From Planctomycetota bacterium (GTDB taxonomy: Bacteria; Planctomycetota; GCA-002687715), in contig NYSS01000005.1 of assembly GCA_002683135.1 (NCBI GenBank), forward strand, positions 35,473 to 99,472: a DNA stretch of 64,000 bases, read 5' to 3'. Positions within the stretch are counted from its first letter, which is position 1; the number at the start of each line of letters is the position of its first letter. Shown here in pieces: positions 45,365 through 54,165 of the stretch. The translations under genes were made by a program, and so were the position numbers. The notes under the pieces were generated by a model that saw nothing but the letters and a program-made list of their open reading frames with translations, ran no database searches and was not told the origin of the DNA.

Positions 45365-46306
45365 TTACACCGTAAGGCTATCTGGCTCGCCGACCTGCTC
45401 GTCTGGTTCTTGCAGAGACGGGGCTTCGCCCCTCAGACGGCGCACGAGGCGGTCCAGTTCTCGCGCCGAGTGAAACTGTATCCAGAGGCGCCCCCTCTTG
45501 AGGCTGCCCTGAATCGAGACCTTGGTGCCCAGGAGCTCCTGGAGTTCTTCCGCCAGGGCTCGCTGGTTGGGGTCCACTGCCGCCTTGCCCGTCGCGGCAA
45601 CTTTGCGGCGGCGACCTGGTGTCCGCTCACGGACGAATTCCTCCACCTGGCGGACGTTGAGGCCGCCCCCTTCGATCTCTTGGGCTGCCGCCTCCTGCTC
45701 CGCGGCCGAGCCGAGAGCAAGCAAGGCGCGGGCTGCGCCGACGCTCACGGTTCCACGTGAAACACGCTCCTGAACACTCTGCGGCAACTCCAGCAGCCGA
45801 ATGAAGTTGGCGACCGCTGGGCGGCTCATCCCCACTGCGCGAGCCACGGCCTCCTGGGTCAGGCTGAACTCTTGCGCCAACTGCCGAAAGGCCCGAGCCA
45901 ACTCAAGCGGACCCAACCCCTCGCGCTGGATGTTCTCAACCAGCGCCCACTCCAGCATGCGCCGGTCATCCGCTTCGATAACCACCGCGTCAATCGAGTC
46001 CCACCCCAGCTCGCGGCTAGCCCGCCAACGGCGCTCACCAGCCACGATCTCGTAGCTATCGCCAGACTGGCGCACCACGATGGGCTGCATCAACCCGTGA
46101 GTCCGCAGAGACTCAACCAGGCCGTTGAGCGCTTCGATGGCAAACTCCCTCCGCGGCTGGAAGGGATTGGGGGCCACGCTCTCGACAGCCACGCCCTGGA
46201 CTCGGTGCCCGGAACGGCTCACCACATCCATGCTCAACTCGCGCCCGCGAGCAGCAGAAATCAAGCTTTCCAAGCTGCGCCCGAGCCGTTTCTTTTCATC
46301 CGCCAT
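45365..46306 (-). CDS. parB: Chromosome partitioning protein ParB
   Basis: LGRSLESLI, PNPFQPRREF, GLMQPIVVRQSGDSYEIVAGERRWRAS, and an HTH region. Confidence 0.9.
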   Translation of the reverse strand: MADEKKRLGRSLESLISAARGRELSMDVVSRSGHRVQGVAVESVAPNPFQPRREFAIEALNGLVESLRTHGLMQPIVVRQSGDSYEIVAGERRWRASRELGWDSIDAVVIEADDRRMLEWALVENIQREGLGPLELARAFRQLAQEFSLTQEAVARAVGMSRPAVANFIRLLELPQSVQERVSRGTVSVGAARALLALGSAAEQEAAAQEIEGGGLNVRQVEEFVRERTPGRRRKVAATGKAAVDPNQRALAEELQELLGTKVSIQGSLKRGRLWIQFHSARELDRLVRRLRGEAPSLQEPDEQVGEPDSLTV

Positions 46307-46955
46307 TGTTCAGAACCTCCATAGCCAACTCGACATACGCTCGTGCACGACGTCCTGTCGCGGCGGATTCCACCGCAAGGCCGCCCTCTTCACCGCGATG
46401 GTCCGCCCTCGGAACACAGTAAGGAAACACGTCCACGGGGAACGCTCGCTCCGCCTGAACCAGGAACCGCTCAAAGGACGTGAGTTTGCGGTCAGCCAAC
46501 GTCATCAGCAAGCCCGCCACCTCAAGCGAGGACTGGCCGTCCGCCAAGACGTCCGTCACCAAGCCGAGGTCCTCCGCGAGGCCCCGGAGGGCCTCTTTTC
46601 CTGCGCCAGCCAGCAGAATGACCTCATCGGCGCAGCCGAGAAGACCTTTGGCGACCTCGGGGGCCGCTGGCACATCTATCAGGACCAAGTCGACCTGCGC
46701 GGCCAGGCTGCGGCACCGGTCTGGCAGGTCCTTCTCGTCTCCGGCCCACATCGCGAGGTCCAGCCCGGGCCGAACGTCCCGCACGAGGCCCTCCGCGGGC
46801 GCCGCCCCCAGGGTTTTCGCTGCGGGCCAACCCTCATCGATATGCACGAGGGCGGTCTGCTGCCCTGCCCGCGCAGCCAGAACCGCGAGATTCATGGCCG
46901 CCGTGGTCTTGCCTACTCGGGGCTTTCCCCCGTACAACGCGATGGTGTGAGCCAA
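46296..46955 (-). CDS. ParA/Soj-like ATPase with non-canonical Walker A
   Basis: TTG start. IALYGGKPRVGKTTAAMNLA (KPRVGKTT instead of KGGVGKTT), LVLIDVPAAP, and a C-terminal ARAYVELAMEVL. Overlaps the parB start by 11 nt. 219 aa, which is short. Confidence 0.65.
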   Translation of the reverse strand: MAHTIALYGGKPRVGKTTAAMNLAVLAARAGQQTALVHIDEGWPAAKTLGAAPAEGLVRDVRPGLDLAMWAGDEKDLPDRCRSLAAQVDLVLIDVPAAPEVAKGLLGCADEVILLAGAGKEALRGLAEDLGLVTDVLADGQSSLEVAGLLMTLADRKLTSFERFLVQAERAFPVDVFPYCVPRADHRGEEGGLAVESAATGRRARAYVELAMEVLNNGG

Positions 46956-47015
46956 CCCGCGGCCGCCCCCCTTTAGAAGTCCCCTGTTTCACATGGAACA
47001 TTGGTCAGGTTAGGC

Positions 47016-47798
47016 ATGTCCCGACACGCTGTCCACCTCAGGGCCTTTGTGGTTGAAGGCTGGCGAGCGCTCGCCCGCGCACGGTCGGCCTGGGCCCTCG
47101 CCGCTGGCGCCCTGATCCTCAGCGTGGTCGCTGTCATCGCTGAGATTCCACTCCGCGAGCCCGGGCGCTTCAGCCTCAATACTCTCGCCCTTGTTGACCA
47201 ACTGCTCGTCCTTCTCCTCGTGGCTGTCCAGGTCATGGCTGTACGCCCCGCAAGCCCATGCCCCTGGTGGCCATGCGCCGCCGAAACAGCTGTCCTTGGC
47301 CGCGCAATCGGAATGTTGTCCCTCTGCGTGTGCCTGCTGGCAAGCGTTGTCGGCTTCCAGTACCTCTTGGTGGCCGCAACCGACGACCTCGAGGCGCGCG
47401 CCTTTACTCAGCAAGTCGGCGAACGCCTTGACGGCCACTACCTGGTCCTGTGGGCGGGGCTGGGCACCTACGCCGCCGTCCTGCTTGCTTGGGGGACAAC
47501 CCTGCGAATCCTGCTCAACCCCGCCCTCACGCTCCTCACCCTCATGGTCCTGGTTTTCTCCGGGTACGCGCTGCCAAGGCTTGGCCACGAGTCCGCCGCC
47601 CTCGCGCCAATCATCGCAGTCCTCCCTGACCTGGGGGCCCTGGCACCAGTGGAGCTCGCGCAGAACCGTGACTGGAACGCACGGGCTGTGGCCTACGGGC
47701 TCACGCACGCTGCCATGGTGTGGCTCCTGGGCGCGGTCGCCCTCCGCGTTTTATGGGGACGCGGGCGCGGCGTTGATTCAGCCCAGAGCCCCGCATAG
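47016..47798 (+). CDS. Polytopic membrane protein, unknown function
   Basis: About six hydrophobic segments (ALAAGALILSVVAVIA, LLVLLLVAVQVMAV, LTLLTLMVLVFSGYAL, etc.). The ATG at 47016 is in frame with the TTG at 47001. Confidence 0.6.
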   Translation: MSRHAVHLRAFVVEGWRALARARSAWALAAGALILSVVAVIAEIPLREPGRFSLNTLALVDQLLVLLLVAVQVMAVRPASPCPWWPCAAETAVLGRAIGMLSLCVCLLASVVGFQYLLVAATDDLEARAFTQQVGERLDGHYLVLWAGLGTYAAVLLAWGTTLRILLNPALTLLTLMVLVFSGYALPRLGHESAALAPIIAVLPDLGALAPVELAQNRDWNARAVAYGLTHAAMVWLLGAVALRVLWGRGRGVDSAQSPA

Positions 47799-47840
47799 AA
47801 TCCGCGGACCGGCCACGGGCCCCTTCCTCCGCAAACCCTT

Positions 47841-48587
47841 TTGCAATCGAGGTTTCCGCCTTTGCGCTACGGCATACTCGGTGACGTCCACGGGAACCTC
47901 GAGGCCCTTGAGGTCGCCATTGATGGCTTGGCCTCTCGTCAGGTCGACCGGTACGTCCAGATGGGCGACCTCGTCGGGTACGGCGCCGACCCTGCCCCCT
48001 GCTTGGCTCGCATCCGGGAGTTGGGCGCCGCCGTGGTCGCCGGAAACCACGACTGGGCGGTCATCGGCAAGCTCGACACCGCGTTCTTCAATGTCTATGC
48101 GCGAGAGGCGGTCGACTGGACGCGAGCACAGCTCTCTCGAGAGGATCTGCACTACCTTGAAACCTTGCCCCTCGTAGACGAGCTCGATGGCGAGATCACC
48201 CTCGTCCACGCGACCCTCGACCAGCCAGAGGTCTTCGACTACATCCAGACGTACTACGACGCGCACCGGTCACTGAGAGCGCTGCAAACGCACGTTTGCT
48301 TCATGGGCCACTCGCACGTGCCGATGGCGTTTCTGCAAGCACGCTCCATCGTGCACACGAACAGCGAGCAGCTCAGCCTTACAGATGTCGATCGCGCGTT
48401 GATCAACGTCGGCAGTGTCGGGCAGCCGCGCGACGAAAACCCAAAGACCGCCTACGCCGTCTACGACTCCGGGTCGCAGCACTACACGCTGTATCGCGAC
48501 ACGTACGACACCGAAAAGACCGGCGAGAAGATCCGCAAGGCAGGCCTACCCGCCATCCTCGGCGAACGCCTGGTCTATGGCCGGTAG
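47841..48587 (+). CDS. Metallophosphoesterase (calcineurin-like, intact active site)
   Basis: GILGDVHGN, MGDLVGYG, AGNHD, FMGHSH and NVGSVGQPRD are all present. Confidence 0.8.
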   Translation: MQSRFPPLRYGILGDVHGNLEALEVAIDGLASRQVDRYVQMGDLVGYGADPAPCLARIRELGAAVVAGNHDWAVIGKLDTAFFNVYAREAVDWTRAQLSREDLHYLETLPLVDELDGEITLVHATLDQPEVFDYIQTYYDAHRSLRALQTHVCFMGHSHVPMAFLQARSIVHTNSEQLSLTDVDRALINVGSVGQPRDENPKTAYAVYDSGSQHYTLYRDTYDTEKTGEKIRKAGLPAILGERLVYGR

Positions 48588-48633
48588 ATGAGGCAACGGG
48601 GTAACCCCCGCGGCCACCCCGCCACGCGCAGCG

Positions 48634-49125
48634 CTACGTTACAGCCGCGCCCTCGTCGATCGGCACGATCTCCGCGCGCACGGAGTGCCCCGAGATTTCC
48701 AGCAGCCCGACGGTGCGCGGCTGCTTCGGGCGACGCCGCCCCGCCGCGCCAGGGTTGAAGAACAGTCGACTTTCAATCCGAGTGTTGAATGGCTCGCCAG
48801 TCGAACCAAACAAGATGACCTGCGGGTCCGCCGCGTCGATCGCCTTCTGCGTATTGCGGTGCAGGTCCGTCGGGTCACCGATGCGGTGGTGCATGTAGAT
48901 GCCCGTCTCGAACCACTTGCGGTACAAGGTCCGCTCAAAGGGATACACCTCGGCAGAGTCGCTGCCGCCAATGACCCCCGTAATGGGCGCGATCTGTGAC
49001 AACTCCTCAAGGACGGTTGGATTGCCGATGTTGCCGCAGTGCAGGATGTAGTCGACACCGTCGAACACGTTCACAACGCCGGGCATCAAAACCCCAGCGG
49101 TGTCACTGATAACTCCGATCCACAT
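48634..49125 (-). CDS. YfcE/MJ0936-like metallophosphoesterase-fold protein with substituted metal ligands (probable pseudoenzyme)
   Basis: The fold pattern is retained but the motifs are altered: ISDTAG (DxH to DxA), HCGNIG (GD to GN), IGGSDS (GNxD to GGSD), FGSTGEPF (GHTH to GSTG). Confidence 0.65.
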   Translation of the reverse strand: MWIGVISDTAGVLMPGVVNVFDGVDYILHCGNIGNPTVLEELSQIAPITGVIGGSDSAEVYPFERTLYRKWFETGIYMHHRIGDPTDLHRNTQKAIDAADPQVILFGSTGEPFNTRIESRLFFNPGAAGRRRPKQPRTVGLLEISGHSVRAEIVPIDEGAAVT

Positions 49126-49160
49126 GCTCGTTTCCCTTGATGTTGGGCGTCTCCGCGCCG

Positions 49161-50615
49161 TCAGCGCGCGAGGTACCCCAGTTGTTTGGGCAGAGGGAGC
49201 TCTGTCTCCCCCAAGCCGTGCTCAAACAGGGCGCACAGGTCTTCCAGGGGCTTTTTGTCCCCCTTGAAGGTGACCTGCCGGGCAGTTGGGTTTTGCCCAG
49301 CCGCCATCAGGACTTGCAAAATCGAGCCGGCGTAACACGTGGTCTCGCCGATCGACATCTGCACGGGTGTTCCGTAATGATCGACAACCCGCGCGATCAA
49401 CGAAACGGGTCGCGCGTGCAGGGACACCCCGTCGGGCACATCACACTTTGCAACCGTCTGTCTGGTGTAGCGCTCAACGAGGGTCTCTGCCTGCGGCGCG
49501 ATTTCGTCCATGTAGACATGCAAAAAATTCAGGCCGTAGTTCAGCACCCGGTCTAGGACCATCTGCTTGTCCACCAACTCGGCGATGCGGTCCTTCGCGG
49601 TCTCCGAACGGACATCGTTTTCGTGCCGCTCGTAGAAGTGAACGAGCTCCGCCATCACCTCAAGGAGGTGAAGGCTGGTCACGACAAACGAGCGAAAGCA
49701 CATCAACTCCGGGTCCTGCTTTTCCGTGGAGGTGCCCTGGATGTAGGTGTCGTAGCGCGACAACACATTCAGAATGCGCGTTGTGTAGAACCGCACCTGC
49801 TCCTCGTCGCTTACCTCAAGGACGAAGGTGCGCATCTCTTCCACGTCTGCCCAGGCGCGGAAGCCGCTCTGCCGATCAAAGATCCGCTTGTGCGCGAGAA
49901 ACTTCGACGCGATCTCGGCTATCCATCGCTCGGGTTGCGGAACAGCGGCTTCATCGAGCGTGCTCGGCAAGTGGAGACTCGGATCACGAACGGCGTCGCC
50001 CTGGGTGTCCGAAGGTGGGTGCACCGGCTCCCCGAGTAGCCGCCCCGCTTCCGCCAGCGCTTCCTCTTGGAGGTTCGCCAGCGACCACTTCACGAACTCC
50101 AGGGTTCGGCGCGTCTCGTCACGGAAACGGTTCTCGTGACCGAGGGGCAGGGGCAACTCGCGGTCGAGGCGCGCCTCCATATGCGAGAGGTGGCGGCCCA
50201 TCTTGGCAAACCCGCGCACGGACGCGGCGTACTCCGCCAGAGGCGCATAGGTGCGATTGCTGCGAGCGCCATGGTCGTCAAGGAAGGACACGAAGTCCTC
50301 GGCGCGCTGCTGGATCCCCGCAAACGCCTGGCGGGCCACATCGCCGCCACTAACAGTTCGCTCCATCAGGCTCTTCACCGCGCTGAACGGCGCGACGTGG
50401 CGTCTGACGAGGGACGCAAAATCGCGCTCGTCGACGGCCGCTCCGGCAGGATGGGCGGCGGCTTTCGTCTCGACTTCGGCCAAAGTGTGGGGCTCCGGTG
50501 CGCGATGCCTGCCCGCTCGGTGGAAACGCCGAGTGAGGCCCACATTGGGGACCCCTTGGGCTGAGCACCTCAAGGGGGGACTATAGCCCGCACGCGAGAC
50601 ACGGACAATGAACAA
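49161..50615 (-). CDS. Large protein of unknown N-terminal domain fused to a C-terminal HPr (PTS phosphocarrier) domain
   Basis: The last ~85 aa (DVPDGVSLHARPVSLIARVV...YAGSILQVLMAAGQ..VTFKGD) align with HPr, including the His15 and Ser46 equivalents. The preceding ~390 aa are helical and unrecognised. The start is uncertain (TTG 50615). Confidence 0.7.
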   Translation of the reverse strand: MFIVRVSRAGYSPPLRCSAQGVPNVGLTRRFHRAGRHRAPEPHTLAEVETKAAAHPAGAAVDERDFASLVRRHVAPFSAVKSLMERTVSGGDVARQAFAGIQQRAEDFVSFLDDHGARSNRTYAPLAEYAASVRGFAKMGRHLSHMEARLDRELPLPLGHENRFRDETRRTLEFVKWSLANLQEEALAEAGRLLGEPVHPPSDTQGDAVRDPSLHLPSTLDEAAVPQPERWIAEIASKFLAHKRIFDRQSGFRAWADVEEMRTFVLEVSDEEQVRFYTTRILNVLSRYDTYIQGTSTEKQDPELMCFRSFVVTSLHLLEVMAELVHFYERHENDVRSETAKDRIAELVDKQMVLDRVLNYGLNFLHVYMDEIAPQAETLVERYTRQTVAKCDVPDGVSLHARPVSLIARVVDHYGTPVQMSIGETTCYAGSILQVLMAAGQNPTARQVTFKGDKKPLEDLCALFEHGLGETELPLPKQLGYLAR

Positions 50616-50794
50616 GTCCCGCCCCCGTAAGGAGTAAAGGCGCGCAAGCTACCGCAAAACAACGGCTTCGGAGCGTCCGGCCAGCTTCCGCCATTGCCTG
50701 TGTCGCAAACATCGCGGCGGGGGCGTGTGCGCTCGGGTTTGGTGCGCACGAGGCGATCGCACCAGCGGATCTCCTTGTCGCTCTCGGCTGGCTA

Positions 50795-51802
50795 TTGGTC
50801 TATCGGCATGACGCTATTCTGCGATGGCGACGCCCCTCCGTTGTCGTCTTCGCGGCCGTGCTCGCAAGCGGAGGTATGTGCCTGACCGCCCTGGGCCTGC
50901 GCCAGGCAGGGTTGCCGATTGCGCTCGCGGACGCCCTGTGGGCCGCGTGGGTCATCCCGTGGCCAGGGCACGCCCTCGCCTGGGCGCTTGGACAGCTGCG
51001 GCCCCGGGCGCCGCTCCGGGTTCCTGGGCGTGGGGTTTGGGCCTCCCTAGCCCAGCGGGCTCTCCTGCAGGCGCCGTGCGCCTGGAGACCTGCCCGACCG
51101 GACGAGGATGCCTTCCTGGTCACGCTGCCCAGGGGCTGCCCGGCCCAGATCGGCTCCACCATGGGAACGCCGCTTGGGCCCATCCCCCTGCACCCAGAGG
51201 GGCCGACCGTTGGCATGGGTCGGGCCGTCAAGCGGACCATGGACCTTCTCCTTGTCGTGCTGTGCGCCCCCATCGCAGCCCTCCTGTTGGCGGTCCTCGC
51301 CTTCGGTATCCGCCTTCGAGAGGGGGCTCCGGCATTTTATTCTCAGATTCGCATCTCCCTGGGTGGTAAGGAGTTCCGAATCCACAAGCTGCGCTCCATG
51401 GTGCGAGACGCGGAGCCCGCTGGCCAGCCCGTCTGGCCAGAAGAGGGTGACACCCGCATCACGCCCCTGGGCCGTTTTCTTCGGCGCTTCTGGTTGGATG
51501 AGCTCCCCCAACTCTGGGATGTCTTCCGTGGCCCCCTATCCCTCGTCGGGCCACGGCCCGAGCGGCCTGCCTTCGTTCAAGATTTTGCCCGGCGGCTGCC
51601 GAACTACCCCTTACGTCATCAGGTCAAGGCTGGGATCACCGGGCTGGCCCAGGTCACGGGGTTTGTCGGAAACACGTCGATTGATCGCCGACTTCACTCT
51701 GATCTGCGCTACATCCGCCGGTGGAGCCCCGTGGGTGACCTGAAGATCTTGGTGGGAACAGTCTTTAGGGCCATGAAGCGTCCCCCTATCCACGTGGAGT
51801 GA
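50795..51802 (+). CDS. Polyprenyl-phosphate sugar-phosphate transferase (bacterial sugar transferase family)
   Basis: [58 protein letters not shown]. The N-terminal boundary is uncertain. Confidence 0.8.
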   Translation: MVYRHDAILRWRRPSVVVFAAVLASGGMCLTALGLRQAGLPIALADALWAAWVIPWPGHALAWALGQLRPRAPLRVPGRGVWASLAQRALLQAPCAWRPARPDEDAFLVTLPRGCPAQIGSTMGTPLGPIPLHPEGPTVGMGRAVKRTMDLLLVVLCAPIAALLLAVLAFGIRLREGAPAFYSQIRISLGGKEFRIHKLRSMVRDAEPAGQPVWPEEGDTRITPLGRFLRRFWLDELPQLWDVFRGPLSLVGPRPERPAFVQDFARRLPNYPLRHQVKAGITGLAQVTGFVGNTSIDRRLHSDLRYIRRWSPVGDLKILVGTVFRAMKRPPIHVE

Positions 51803-52629
51803 GGGGGCCAGGACAGGGGGGCACTCCAATCGCTGCCGAAGCGACACTGAACATCTACCTGAAGGAGATCAACTCCGTCGACCTCCTTAACGCAGAGGGG
51901 GAAAAGGAGTTGGCTCGCCTCGTCCTATCAGGTGACCACAACGCCCGGGAGCAGATGATCCGCGCGAACCTGCGCCTGGTCGTCAGCATTGCCAAGAAGT
52001 ACGTCAATCGCGGCCTTGGCTTCATGGACCTCATTGAAGAGGGGAACATGGGGCTGCTCAAGGCGGTTGAGAAATTCAACCCGGACGCTGGGTGCCGGTT
52101 CTCCACCTACGCCACGTGGTGGATCAAGCAGTCAATCCGGCGCTCCCTCATCAACAGCGTCAAGACGGTGCGCATCCCCTCATACATGGTCGAACTGATC
52201 GGCCGGCTGCGGGACGCCCAGATGCGGCTGACGGACAAGGATGGGCGGCCCCCATCCACAGAGGAGTTGGCAAAGGCCATGGAGCTCCCCTCGGAAAACG
52301 TCTGCGCCATCGAGCGGGCGATCGCGACCAACCAGAGCATGTCGCAGCCGATCCCCCTGGAGGGCGATGACGGGTCAAACAACCTGGTGGAAGACGGCGC
52401 TCCTCTCCCAGACCAGGTCGTGCTCGAGCAAAACCAGATTGAGAGGCTCAATGACCTTCTCTCGCAGATGTCCGAGAGGGAGGCGATGATCCTCAAGCTC
52501 CGCTATGGCCTCGGGGACCAGGAGCCCATGACCCTCAAGCAGATTGGCGCGCAGGTCTCCCTGACCCGCGAACGCGTGCGCCAACTCGAACAACAGGCGC
52601 TCCAGCAGCTGAACCGTATCCTGGCCTGA
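51799..52629 (+). CDS. RNA polymerase sigma-70 family factor (regions 1.2-4, RpoD/RpoS-like)
   Basis: [59 protein letters not shown]. The GTG start overlaps the upstream stop (GTGA). Confidence 0.85.
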   Translation: MRGPGQGGTPIAAEATLNIYLKEINSVDLLNAEGEKELARLVLSGDHNAREQMIRANLRLVVSIAKKYVNRGLGFMDLIEEGNMGLLKAVEKFNPDAGCRFSTYATWWIKQSIRRSLINSVKTVRIPSYMVELIGRLRDAQMRLTDKDGRPPSTEELAKAMELPSENVCAIERAIATNQSMSQPIPLEGDDGSNNLVEDGAPLPDQVVLEQNQIERLNDLLSQMSEREAMILKLRYGLGDQEPMTLKQIGAQVSLTRERVRQLEQQALQQLNRILA

Positions 52630-52682
52630 GTGGTCTCGCGGTTCCCCACAGCGCTGTGAGGACCGCCGCGGAAACGGCGCAA

Positions 52683-52802
52683 GGACAGTTGTCGCACACT
52701 GCTGCTTCCGTGCCTTGTCCGCAAAGCTATGGTGGGAACTACCACTATAAACGCGAGATAAGGGTGCCCCTCTCTGGGGAGCCCTGGGGACGACAACTGT
52801 CT
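52683..52802 (+). other. Candidate structured RNA element (class unknown)
   Basis: A 12-bp helix pairs GGACAGTTGTCG (52683-52694) with CGACAACTGTCT (52791-52802) and encloses two hairpins: TATGGTG/CACTATA at 52728-52749 and GGGTGCCCC/GGGGAGCCC at 52762-52784. Strand not determined. Confidence 0.25.
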
Positions 52803-53043
52803 GTGTCCACCTCTCGTCCCCATTGAGAACAGCAGATATACCCAGGATTCCTCACCTTAAACCCACACTCCGCAACCCATGATAGATCTCCCAAGTCATG
52901 GGGTAGAAATAGGATGAGGTGGCGCCCAAAACAGGTTCCCCAAACTTGATGGGGTGCATGATGATTAAGAAGGGTTTTCTCTAGAGAGAAGGATCCACCT
53001 TAAGGGAAAGGGAGAAGGGCACCTGCTACGGTGCGATCCCAAG

Positions 53044-54165
53044 ATGGACACGCCGCGCTGCTTGTACGTTCACGTCCCTTATTGCGAGCGCAAGTGTCCG
53101 TATTGCGCGTTCAACTCCTACGCAGGGAGTCACCGAGACGAGGCGGAAACCTACCTCGACGCGTTGCTGGCTGAGTTGGGAGCTCTGGGGCCAGCCCTTC
53201 AGCTTGAGACGATCTACGTGGGCGGCGGAACACCGACGGCTCTTGCGCCGTCAGCCCTTGCCCGGCTTCTCGATAGCCTGAGAAGGGTAGCCAGTCCTCG
53301 AGAGTGGACCGTCGAAGCGAATCCCGGGACCGTGACACCTGAGCACATCAGGGCCTTGGTTGCTGCCGGGGTCAATCGGATCAGCATGGGCGTGCAAAGC
53401 ATGGCGCCGGACGGCCTCAAACGAATGGGCCGGATTCACACCGCTGACGACGTTCGAGACACGGTGCGGGCCTTACGGGAGAGTGGAATCCGCAACATCA
53501 ATCTTGACCTGATTTATGGCCAACCGGATCAGGACGTGGAGGCGTTTGTTTTAGATGTGGAGGCGGTTCTCGATCTCCAGCCCGATCACCTCAGCTTGTA
53601 TGCGCTCCAGTACGAGGAAGGGACAGCGTTCACCAAGGCCCGAGACGCCGGTCGGCTACAAGAGGCATCCGAAGATACTGTCCTTGCGCAGTTCCATGCC
53701 GCGCAGACCCGCCTGGTGGCCGCAGGGTTCAGTCAGTACGAGGTGTCCAACTTCGCCAGACCAGGACGCCGCTCTCTTCATAATTTGAACTACTGGCGGA
53801 ACCTTCCGTACTACGGCATCGGCGCCGGGGCGTGGGGCTGTGTGGATGGACATCGCGTACTCAACGAGTCCGAACCGCGGACGTACGCGCGCCGAGTGCT
53901 CGAGGAAGGGACAGCGTGTGTATCGAAAGAGGAGCTCGGCCCACAAGAGACCTACCTGGAGACCCTGGCAGCCGGGCTGCGCACGGCCGAAGGGGTAGAC
54001 CTTAAAACGCTACATGAACGGACAGGGCTCGACGCGCGCGTACGTCACGGCGATCATCTCAATATGATCGTAGAGAGAGGGCTTGGGGCGATGAGCGATG
54101 GCCGGTTGGTGCTGACGACCGATGGCCTCTGGGTGCTTGATGAGTTGTTACTACCATTCGCATGA
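53044..54165 (+). CDS. hemW: Radical SAM HemN/HemW-family protein
   Basis: LYVHVPYCERKCPYCAFNS (CxxxCxxC), GGGTP, and a C-terminal HemN_C-like region. Confidence 0.8.
   Translation: MDTPRCLYVHVPYCERKCPYCAFNSYAGSHRDEAETYLDALLAELGALGPALQLETIYVGGGTPTALAPSALARLLDSLRRVASPREWTVEANPGTVTPEHIRALVAAGVNRISMGVQSMAPDGLKRMGRIHTADDVRDTVRALRESGIRNINLDLIYGQPDQDVEAFVLDVEAVLDLQPDHLSLYALQYEEGTAFTKARDAGRLQEASEDTVLAQFHAAQTRLVAAGFSQYEVSNFARPGRRSLHNLNYWRNLPYYGIGAGAWGCVDGHRVLNESEPRTYARRVLEEGTACVSKEELGPQETYLETLAAGLRTAEGVDLKTLHERTGLDARVRHGDHLNMIVERGLGAMSDGRLVLTTDGLWVLDELLLPFA

Noticed and set aside
52725-52800. A ZTP (pfl) riboswitch resemblance: GGTGGGAACTACCAC and GGGGAGCCCTGGGG recall GGUGGGAAACCACC...GGGGAGC...CCGCCUGGGCA, and a folate-related pabA/trpG-like gene is downstream.
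   Set aside because: The conserved 5' ACUGGCG element and the CGCCUGGGC pseudoknot partner are absent, and the spacing does not fit my recollection of the motif. It is kept only as an unclassified structured-RNA candidate.
52800-53040. The AT-rich tail of the sigma/hemW intergenic region might be oriC. It has DnaA-box-like GTGTCCACC at ~52803 and GGATCCACC at ~52991.
   Set aside because: There are only two weak, widely spaced box-like sites (6-7 of 9 matches) and no cluster. The region is about 9 kb from dnaA with no supporting skew information, so the evidence is insufficient.
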